From Mytilus edulis (Eukaryota), in assembly GCF_963676685.1 (NCBI RefSeq), contig NC_092351.1:85064001-85128000 (forward strand): a stretch of DNA of 64,000 nucleotides, given 5' to 3'. The position numbers were made by a program, and so were the translations under genes. Of the stretch, positions 1 to 12,200 are shown piece by piece (position 1 is the stretch's first letter; each line of letters opens with the position of its first letter). A model generated the notes under the pieces. It did no database searches. It saw nothing but the letters and a program-made list of their open reading frames with translations, and had not been told where the DNA came from.

Positions 1-298
1 ACTGTATGTTATGTTTGTTAAAAAAAAATAAAACGAAAACAAGACATCGTCATCCCTGGTAGCAAAATTAGTCAAATAGGAAAGGAAAGTAAATAAACCA
101 TGGCAGTTTACTGCTTAGTTTTACAAGAAACTTTTACTATACTTGTTTGATCATACACATGCATACATATAAACAACACTAAATATTTTGTCAATCATAA
201 ACAACAACACGACTGCTTTTGCTTTTATTTGGAGTTTGTCAATAACGTGAATGAATCAGTGACATGAACTCAAACTTCATGTCCCTTCTCTTTGGTAG

Positions 299-3200
299 GT
301 GATCAACTGCCATGTCCTGATGGTCTGACTTCGTCAACTGGGTTTACACCAGGATGTGTAAATAGTAGTTGTAAGTGAAAATTTAAAATAAATTGTTTTC
401 ATCATTTAATTACTTCTTATTCATTAAATATGATATCTAATTGATGGTAAGTAATAAAATTGAATTAAATTAAGTAATACATTTTTAGTTGCTTGTATAT
501 TTTAAAAATATGAAATAATGGTTCTATAAGGATTTAGATACATCATTGAATTTATAATGCGATAAAAAGGACAGAAACTATACACGTTCTCGCATGTTTA
601 CAGACGACCTAACAGACATATAACATTGATTTGTATATCTATATGAATGTACTATTATTATGCTTCTCAATGCTTATCCTAATTGATTTGATTTTCTAAT
701 AAGGCTATATTAACCTGTTTGGTTTTATTAATGTTTTTTTGTATTTGATTATAAATGTTGATGCTTCTAACCAAATTTTAATTCTGTTTGTACTTGATTA
801 TAAATGCTGATATCTAAAATTATTCATTAGCATGTTGTAGTAGATAACCTTACTTTTATGAATGTTTGTATTATAAACTAGTTTATGTAATTTCTATATA
901 AAAGCAAATTTTAAAAAGTTTTTTCTGAAAAATTCCTTTTGACAACAGCTGGATAATGATAACCATTTAAATAGATTTACATTTGTTTTGGTATTTTCAT
1001 CAATATCAATGTTAATTCAACTGTTGTGTTTTGTTTAATCTCTTTATAAGATTAATTGAAAAATAATGATTCCAAATTAGACAACAACAATCATCATACT
1101 TTTTGTATCGGCACATAATTTGTATAACAATGATAGCACGATGACCTTACACGTTGTTTAAGTTTCTCTGAATTACCTGCCTTATTTGAAAGTTCTTAAG
1201 TAACATTAAGAGGAAACGTCAATTTACCGATGTTCCTAACTCGTATATGCAATCTAAATATAAAAAAAGAGGAAAAAGTCAAAGAAGGCCCATAAATAGG
1301 CCAATTAATTTATTAATTTATAATCGTCTCATCTAAGGATGTTTTTTTAGTGATATCGTCATCGTTGTTATTGGAATAAATGGATTCTTAATATTCATGC
1401 CCTTGAACAAATAATTAGTATTTTTCTCCAGTTACTATATTTTTAAGACAAAACGTCAATACAAGGAAAATGAATAGATGAATATAAAACAGTTAACGAT
1501 AAAGTCAGGTCAAATTAGTCTGGTATTATAGAAATATTATACAAATGACGGAAAAAAGCTGACGCACTTTAATCTCATATTTAGGAATTGCATCATTTGG
1601 GTCTCAAATTGTAAGAAAAAAAATGTAGAATCTGCTAAAATTTAGCTTAATGACTGTTTATGAGCTATTTAAAACTTAAATGAAAAAGTGGGTGATATGG
1701 GGCAAAATATTTTATACTGTTTTGTAGTAAAAAAAAGTCTTTAACATGATATGACTTCATCCTTAATTGATGTGTTAATTACATGTATCTTTTCTCAAGC
1801 TATATTGATAAATGATTGTATCATACACGTAAGTACTTGTACCTGTAAGACTAAGACTATGAATGTATTTTATCGTAGTTTTCATACATACATTAGGTTA
1901 GGGGAGGTTTGGGATCCCGCTAACATGTTTGACCGCGCCACTTTCTATATATTTGCCTGTCCTAAGCCAGGAGCCTGTAATTCAGTAGTTGTCGTTTGTT
2001 GATGTTTAAATATTTGTTTTTCGTTCAATTTCTGTACAGAAATTAGGCCATTAGTTTTCTCGCTTGATATTAAACTAAAATGGCAAAGTTATTTATGTGT
2101 TCGTGTCTTTCATTGTGTAGTTAAAAATTATTTGTTCAAATAATGTATAATGACACATTGTCAATTAATAAAAGAAAACATGTAGATAACATGTAACTAA
2201 GACAGCAAATCATCGACCTTTTCGAAAACATATCGCAGATCGGTTTTGAACACAAAACCATTGTGAACTAATAAAAATAAATCATCCAAAAACTATAATA
2301 CGATTAAGATAGAGATAAAGACAATTACTCACAAGGTTATCGACTTTAAAAATGCCCATGTTGTAAGGTTAAACTATGTCCTGAAATCTCAACAAGTTGC
2401 ATTGTTAACATAATGAAAAAAATGATCAGGACGGTTATTTTTTTTTATTTAAAATAAATTTAGTGATAAATGACAAATCGGACTGTTTACTTTTAAAACA
2501 GTAATTGTATAAATTAACCTGTGTAATATAAATTATCTCTCCGTTCTTCAGGTTCAGGAATTGGAAAACTCAAGGAAGCTAGACCAATAAGATGTAAGTA
2601 TTTTGATATCTGATATCATGTTTTATTACCGACCTTGCCAGACCTTCATGGATAGTCTAAATCATGTAAAACTCGACTGGTCGTCATGTGTTGACTAGTT
2701 TGTTGAGAGATTGCATATTGGTATGTTACATTATATACCCCTATCAAACCCGAATTATTCTTCTATTTCGAATAAAAAACCACTGTCTGAATATATGTTT
2801 GAGTACTCACTACTAGGTATTTGCCAGTTGCACATATATACTCAATACACTATGCATATTAAAACCATGTTTTGATATACATGTAATTCATGAATTTTAC
2901 TTCATTTTGACGATAAAATTTTCATCTTAGAAACATTCTTTCAAATAGTTTTAACCATGTATATCCACCAGAAATATCAGTTCACTCCCATCATAAATTC
3001 CACAGATTTTGTAATGTCCTATGAGAATAATTATATACGCTAATGTGTTATAATAGATTCAACCACTAATTAGGTTTTTGGTCCATTTTAAATGAAAAAC
3101 GTAAAAAAAAGGATTCTCAACATTTTGTTCACTCTTGGTAAGCTTCTGGCATTTTGTGTTCTTCTGTTAAGTAAATTATGTCATATAATAACATTATGAT

Positions 3201-6200
3201 TGACATTATTTAAATAAGGGCTATAAAACCCAACTCATATACACTGGCAATTTTTGGAATATGTTCTGACATATCTAAGTTGTTATCCAATCACTTAACT
3301 CGACACATTTTCTATCCTTAATATATCTTACTAATCACATTTTATCATGTTGTTTTCATTTTCATGTTGCTGTCGCTTAAAACTGTTTTCTCAAAAAGAA
3401 TTTCATTTTTTTGATTTATAGTTTTGGAATGGACCAGAGGAAATATAGTTCTACGGAAAAACAGGTTTCAATATAAGAACGAATAGAACACGTTTTGACT
3501 CGTTTTGTGAGTTTTGATTAAATCAACTACTCTTTCAATTGATTTAGTTTCACATAAGACATGTAAGAAAAAGATTCCGAAAGCATTTAAAAAATCTAAC
3601 TATTCCTTTGCCATTTTTTCTGATCAATTATTATATGTGCACTTGTCACGAACTACGCGACTATAGGAACAGAGACTAACGACCCTTCTGGGTATCGCTC
3701 CAGTTTTCGAAGGTGTAGCTCTATCTTTCTTGCTTAGTGGTATACTCGAAATCTGCTGGTTCTTTCGTTATTTTTTACGGAAATTTGTATTTTCTGTATA
3801 TCTTAAAACAGATAGTTTATTATTGTTCTTAGTGTTTTCGTCATAAGAGTTTTTTTTAGATATAAACGAAGAACGAACCTCATAATTAACATGATGGATA
3901 AATAAACTCATCATAGATACCAGGACTAAATGTTGTATATACGCCAGACGGATATGGTAACTGAAAGATTATGGAGAAACTATGATAAATTTAAAGTGTG
4001 AATAATTAACTTACAGACAAATTGCAAATCAGTAGTTGCTTCTGAATTATAATGATGGTCAAACTCTTAATTGGTTGCAAAACAGATTGCACGACCGCAA
4101 TTATTCGATATCCCGAAAGCTCATAAAACACATTTGTATTATCCCGGTAGTTCAAAACATTTGTTATTTCGATTCATAGGTATAATTATATTTTGTTTCT
4201 GATTAATTATGTTCACACATAAGCCAATTATATAAAATTAACTGAATGAATTAGGTTATCATATGATCACAGCCCATTTAACTTTCACATACGGTTCTGT
4301 TTAAAATATCGTTATGATACTTTGTAACATATAGCGTAATCATTAAAATATGAAATGATGTTCTGCTTTAAAGACAAAACAATTACACATTCGAAAATGT
4401 AGATTCATTCTTTTTTATTACTTTTTTAACACAAACCACTAACAAAGTTGTTCTCCATCATAATTCTGAAATAAAAACCAAAAAATATTAACTTGGTGGA
4501 TTTATTGATCAACTTAGTAAGCAGTTCCAACATACAAAATAAGTAAGAAATGTGTTATTAATTGATACAGTTTTTTTTCCATTCGTTTGATGTGTTTGGG
4601 CTTTTGATTTTGCCATTTGAATAGGGACTTTCCGTTTTAAATTTTTCTCTGACTTAAGTATATTTATGATTTTACTCTTTTCTTAGTATAGTGTGTTAAT
4701 TATACACTTTTGTATTATTGAGAGAAAAAAAACATAGGCCGTAAAAATATAACAGAAAGAGAAAAATGAGAGCTGCAATACATCTGAATGTGTGTAGCTA
4801 AATATTTTCAGTAGTAATATGTATTAAACCGAAAAATTGGGTTCACTGATTAAGATGCAACAATTCGGAAAAATGTATTAACATATTCATAGTAAATTTC
4901 AAAATGATATCATTTAAATCAAATATAGATAAATTAATCGGTTAAATATTCACTTAACATTTATCTTCAGTATAGGTATCATGTCCTGCGTCACATCTAG
5001 ATTGTTTTTCCCTAACAAGGAAGCTGCGGAAGGAGCCACGGTTTGTTAAGATAAAAACAAGTTAACATGCGTAGATGGAGAATGAAACTATATTTAAAAA
5101 AAGCTGCTGACAGATGTATTGCCAGTCATAGTCCAGGCATTGAAACAAGTACCTTGTGTATAAGTGGTATTTATTGGTATCTCTTATAGGGTATGTAATG
5201 AATAATATTATACTAAAATAGTGTCTTTGCGTATAAAAAAATAAATGTCTGAAAAAAAAAATGGCTCTTAAAATGGTCAATGATATTTATAATAATCAAT
5301 TTCGGTCAAAAAAAAAAGAATTAATCTAAACGCTAATTAAATAGTTTTAATGTGGTACCCAACACTTTAACTAAAATTAATTTGGCTCGTTTTATTTTCC
5401 TAAAATGTTGTCAAAGAATTTACTTTGACCCTTTAACAAAAATATAAAAATTTCAAAAACTTTGAACCAACCGTTTTGTCAGAAAAATTACACTTATTAT
5501 AGCAGTTTGACAAACACCAATTTTTATCATTGAGAAGCTTGATATTCCTTTTACAACACAATGTAATTAAAACGTTTAGCCGACTTTACAGAGTTATCTC
5601 CTTGTAGTGTTAGGTAAAACCTTAATGTGTAAAAAATGAAAGAAAATTGAAATATATCAAGACGAAGAAAATTAAGTAAACCTTTTTATTTTGTTTGTAG
5701 ACAACAATTGAATTAAATACAGTAAATAACGATATTTTTTGGATTTTGTACAAACAAGGACAAAAATATTAAAAAAATAATATAAAAACGGAAACAGCAA
5801 ATTAAAAATAATAGTAACGATTTGATTTTATGTTTAAGACAAATGAAGATAAAAAATTAGAAAGAAACAGTAACAATATTTATTTCGGTTTAAGACAAAC
5901 GGAGCAACAACAACAAAATTAACACTAACGAATGTTTTTGGTTTAAGAAAAGCGGAGACAACAATTAAAAAAATAAATAGCAGTAAAGAGTTTTTGTTTA
6001 TTGTAGATAAACGGAGACAACAATAAGAGAAATGACCAGACTATTCCTAAGCTTAGTTGTTGTATGCGTAGTGGTGCAAACTGTCAGCTCGAACGAAAGT
6101 AATAACATTCAATAATCATGACAAAGATATTATATGTACGGTAAAATTCTCATTAACTTTCAATCCTTTTTTGAATTTGATAACTATCAAAATAGTGAAT

Positions 6201-9200
6201 GGAAATGGGGAATGTGTTAAAGAGACAACAACCCCACCATTGAGCAGACAACAATCGAAGGCCACCAAAATGTCTTCAATGCAGCGAGAAACTCCCGTAC
6301 ATGGAGGCGTGCTTCAGTTTGGTCCCTATACAAAAATGTATACTAGTTAAGGGATAATGGTCATCATACTTAACTCAAATTATACACAAAAAACAAGTTG
6401 CATGGTTAACATAAGGGAAAAAAATGATCAGGACGGTTAGTTTTTTTAGCTCACCTGGCCGAAAGGCCAAGTGAATTTTTCTCATCATTTGGCGTCCGGC
6501 GTCCGGCGTCCGTCGTCGTCTTCCGTCGTCGTACTGCGTTAACTTTTACAAAAATCTTCTCCTCTAAAACTACTGGGCCAAATTTAACCAAACTTGGCCA
6601 CAATCATCATTGGGGTATCCAGTTTAAAAAATGTGTCCGATGACCCGGCCAACCAACCAAGATGGCCGCCATGGCTAAAAATAGAACATAGGGGTAAAAT
6701 GCAGTTTTTGGCTTATAACTCAAAAAACCAAAGCATTTAGAGCATATCTGACATGGGTGTAAAATTGTTCATCAGGTCAACATCTATTTGACCTGAAATT
6801 TTCAGATGAATCGGACATTCCGTTGTTAGGTTGCTTCCCCTGAAATTGTAATTTTAAGGAAATTTTGCTGTTTTTGGTTATTATCTTGAATATTATTATA
6901 GATAGAGATAAACTGTTGACAGCAATAATGTTCAGCAAAGTAAGCTCTACAAATAAGTCAACATGACCAAAATGGTCAGTTGGGACAATACCCCTAATGC
7001 GCCTTGAAATGAGGAACACAAAAGTCACGTGTAAACAAAAAATCTCTGTGTAGTGATATTTGACACATTTCTATGATAAACAAATGACTGAGCTGAACCA
7101 TTAGTGTTAATTTAGAAAATAAGGGAACACAGAATAAATGTGTAAAAACCATGGAGCTATGAAATGTGTTCAAAGTATTAAAATTTCAAAGAACTTATTG
7201 TGTTAAAATTGGGATTTTTTACCATGAGGAGCGACATCGCAAAAGGATACTCGGGGTTTGCTAAATTACGGAAAAATGAATCACACTTCGTACCCCGAAA
7301 ATTTAACCACATATGTAAAAATGTCTCAGCTTCGAAACAAGCCATCATACATATACAAGTTTACGATATGGGCTGAGCAACAGAAGAAAACGTTACCATT
7401 ACGGCCTATGGAGAAACAATTGCGCATATTGCCCCAGTTGATTACTTTAGGAGTTATTGCCCTTTATAGTCAATTTTTAACCATTTTTCGTAAATCTTAG
7501 TAATCTTTTAGAAATATCTTCTCCTCTGAAACTACTGGGCCAAATTTAACCAAACTTAGCCATAATTATTATTGGGGTATCTAGTTAAAAAAATGTGTCC
7601 GGTAACTCGGCCAACAAACCAAGATGGCCGCCATGGCTAAAAATAGAACATGGGGGTAAAATACAGTTTTTTGCTTATAACTCAAAAACCAAAGCATTAA
7701 GAGCAAATCTGACAGGAAGTAAAATTTTTGATCAGGTCACGATCTATCTGCCCTGGAATTTTCAGATGAATCGGATAATCGGTTGTTAGAATGCTGCCCC
7801 TGAATTGGTAATTTTGAGGAAATTTGGCTGTTTTTTTGTTATTATCTTGAATATTATTATAGATAGAGATAAACTGTTAACAGCAATAATGTACAGCAAA
7901 GTAAGAACTAAAAATAAGTCAGTGTGACCAAAATAGTCAATTGACCCCCTAAGGGGTAATTGCCCTTCATAGTCAATTTTTAACAATTTTCTTAAAATTT
8001 GAAGATTTTCAATAACATTTTCCACAGAAAGTACTGTTATAGATAGAGATAATTGTAAGCAGCAAGAATGTTTAGTAAAGTAAGATCTACAAACACATCA
8101 CCATCACCAAAACACAATTTTGTCATGAATCCATCTGTGTCCATTGTTTAATATTCACATAGACCAAGGTGAGCGACACAGGCTCTTTAGAGCCTCTAGT
8201 TTAATTTAAAATAAATTAAGTGACTAATATAAATCGGACTGTTTACTTTTAAAACAGTAATTGTATAAATTAACCTGTGTAATATAAATTATCTCTCCGT
8301 TCTTCAGCTGCAGGAAAGGGAAAACGCAAGAAAGCTAGACGAAGTAAGTATGTTTGTCTAATGCTTAGTTAGTTTCTGTGTGTGTTATATTTTATTGTTG
8401 TGTCGTTGTTCTCCTCTTATATTTAATGCATTTCCCTCGGTTTTATTTTGTTACCCGGATTTGTTTTTTTTATCGATTTATGAGTTTCGAACAGTGGTAT
8501 ACTACTGTTGCCTTTATTGATATCGAATATCATGTTTCATTACTGACTGTGCAAAACCTTCATCAAGGTCGTCATGTGTTAACTAGTTTGTAGAGACTCA
8601 GAGAGTGCATATTGGAATGCTACATTATATACCCTTATCAAACCTGAATTACTCTTCTATTACTAAATACAACTGTCTGAGTGTATGTTTAAGTACTCAC
8701 TACTAAGTATTTGCCAGTTCCACATATATACTCAATACAATATGCATATTAATACCACGCTTTTGTATAAATGTATTTCACAAATTTTACATCGTCTTGG
8801 CGATAATATTTTTACCTTAGAAATATTTTTACAATAAAGTGTTTACCATGTCTATCCACGGTTTGTGGTACCGGAATATCAGTTCACTTCCATATCAATT
8901 TCAACATACTGTAAACCAACTTATTTTTGCCAGCGATTTTTTTTTCATCATACTAAACTCAAAATATACACAAGAAATTAAAATTAAAACTCATACAAGA
9001 CAAGATAAACAAAGGCCAGAGGCTCCTGACCTGAGACAGTTGCCGAAGTGCGGCGGGGTTAAACGTGTTTTTTGAGATCTTAACCCCCCCCCTTATATCT
9101 CTATCTTATATAGAAAAAACAAGCACACAACAATACGCATATTCAAACTCAGTTAAAAAGAAACCCGAGTCCGATGCCAAGTAGGTAACAAAGGAAATAA

Positions 9201-12200
9201 ACAAAATGATAATGATACATAAATTAACAATGGACTATAAGAAGTTACTCACATGATTGAAAAATTATGAATTCATCATATAAATATCATCTATAATTAC
9301 ATGTATTTATTTGCTTCCTTTGTCATATTATTGCATGTTTATATTATCATTTTTTCGTATAATGAATCTATCAAATGCCTCATTTTATGTATTGAATTCC
9401 AGATTACACTATCAAAAAGTCACCCATAAAAAAACACACTTACAAAGAGTACTTTTCTTTTATAAATATTTAAAAAATGTATGACACAACTGTGATGATT
9501 GTTTACAGTTTGGTTTCCTGTATTCGTTGCGTTCGAAGGAAATGGTAAGTCTGTGTATGACGCATGGCGAAGTCAGTCAGAATGCAACCCTCTTCCCACG
9601 TCTTTTAGAACAGTCGGTTCTCAGCGTCATCTCAGAAACAGTGTTGTGGATGACTGGAATAATGCAAATATACGAATGGTATGTCGCAACTTATAATGGT
9701 TTATGTCAGAACTATAACAATTCGTTCCGAACTAAATTTATTAAGACATCATTTTATTTTATTCATTATTTCAATATATTAACATTCATACGTTCATTTT
9801 AAGTTCACAGCAAAACAAGAGAAGTCAACACATTTCGTTTTCATGTATATTTTCAGAGAAATATCATTATATACTTTAGAGCCTGCCAACACTGATTTTG
9901 AATCTGAAGGCCTCGTCTTGTTCAAAGACATATTAAAAATTAAGTGTGCATGTTTAATATGTTAAAGAAATATGATTTCTATAATTTACAGGTGAAGGTT
10001 GAATTTTTCAAAAACAACCAAGTTGTTGCATGGATGACTTTTAATGGTAGAAATACAGATAAGATGAACTGGTTTAGCAAATCAAACCTTGCGCAGAGTA
10101 ATTTTAATGATTTAGGATCACGCAGTACATTTAACTACTTTTCGATTGCTGGGTAAATGTTTGCTAAGTATATAATTATTTTGTTTTTTTTAATGGAGGC
10201 ACACAACTTTGTCCAATTGCTTTCAGTGTTGAGTACATCGTCAAGCATTCACAGCTCTTTTGTCTTCAGTTCAAATTAAGTAACAGTCATTCCATGTTAA
10301 AGCAATAGATTAGGTTGCATTGTACTTCAAAAAATCTTCATACTTTTAATTTCATATAAGGGCTTATAATCCTTTCTTTCGCCTATATCGTCTGACAAAT
10401 GCGCTCTGTAATCCTTGTTTGACGACGACACAAAGTAAGAAGAGACATTATTAGGTGTAAAATTGTCTAAAAGAGGAATAAAAAAGAATGTGTCCATAGT
10501 ATACGGATGCCCCACTCGCACTATCATTTTCTATGTTCAGTGGACCGTGAAAATTGGGGTTAAACCTTTAATTTGGAATTAAAATTAGAAAAATCATATC
10601 ATAGGGAACATGTGTACTAAGTTTCAAGTTGATTAGTTTGTTTTTTATAAATTTTTTATTAATGAGCCAGGATTTTTACAAAGAACGTGTCGTCGTTTAT
10701 CTCACAAATTCCTTGGAAATTACCACGGCCTTATAAATGAATTGCTAGGGTCTGCTACTCACATAATACAATATGGTATTTAGTTATAGATTCTAGGTGC
10801 TGAAGTTGTGTATATTTTTAATTTAATTAAGTTTTGCAGTTAACTGTATTCGTGCTATTATGTTTCTTTTCTATTGGTCGTAGGCATTTTGTCCGTGATG
10901 TATATATGTTTACACAGTTTTGATTGTTGTCACATTAACTTAGTCTGTTTGTTTTGCGCACACAATTTTGTCGATATAACAGATTTATAAACAACTTCCA
11001 CAAAAGTGGTAGGTTTATCTAGTTATAAAACAGGGTTATACCCACTATTTTCGTCGTAAAAATGGTAAAATGTCTGTACCAAGTCGGGGATATTATAGTT
11101 GTTTTTCTTTTCTTCCATCTGTTGATAACGTTCGATTTTGTCCGCTTACATGGACTTATCTGTTTGAATTTACCTTGGAATTCGGTATTTTTGTTATAAG
11201 TTTTTATAATTACATGGAAAATGGATATCCTTATGTCACAGAATGGTTTCCAATACCGTGTGAATGAACGTCATTGTATATTTTGTTTTTATAATCCATC
11301 ACATTGTTAGTTTCGAAAGTCAAACTGTGCGTAAACAACCTATTTCAAGGAACTGTTTTCTGCCTGAAACCACATTATAAAATTGAATAGAATAAACTAC
11401 ACAAACAAACGAAGTTACAAATGAAATAAACATGTATAAGAAAAGGTCAAATGATAAAAATCTTTTTGAAGAACACTGTCACGATACAGCATTTCATTTG
11501 ATTGTTGTCTTATATAAATTCATCAAATCCGTTTAAATGTTTGTCCAACAAATACATTTTTTCAGAGATCATCAACGAAAATTCTATGTAAATCAGAACT
11601 ACGGAGGATGTGCTAAAGATCAAGGGTGGATGTATGTCCTTGATCAAGATAGACGCTGTCCATATGAACGCATTGGCTTTATTCCGATGTTCCTTTATAC
11701 AAAGAACTTCACAGATAGAAACTGGACCCGTAGTAAGTTCTAATTGAGTCATTTATAATTTTCACATAAAACACTGTTTGAAAACATTGTTCACTTAGTA
11801 TAAATTAATATTTATGATTGGGGATTTAAACATTATTTGCTTGATCTCTTCGCTAATGATAAGGGTGGTTTACTATTAAAAATATCAAAGGTCTCGAAAA
11901 ATAAACATGTTTTAAGTGATAATGCATACTTTTTTGAAGGAAGAAGTCATATATTAATCTTTACTAAAGTGCACATTCATTGAACTAATTTGGTGGTTGA
12001 ACGTTTCTTCCAATATAACTGACTACTGTTGGGACAAAATATATCAAAGTTATGAAAACTTCATCGGCTCTAACTCAAAATATGGCCAATTGTATATTCA
12101 GAGGGTGTTAGAATCTTTTACAGCTTCGGATAAAGCTTATTTTTAACCTTTTTAACCTGGACCAAATCACTACTTTACTTTAAAATTCATGAATCGATTT

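Noticed and set aside
3422-3464. Possible extra exon in the unit-1-specific intron segment
   Set aside because: Length is not a multiple of three, the donor is weak (GTTTCA), and it would break the frame.
9499-11743. ORF-track entries of 65, 70 and 68 aa as separate small genes
   Set aside because: They are exons C, D and E of one spliced gene with intron-derived ends.
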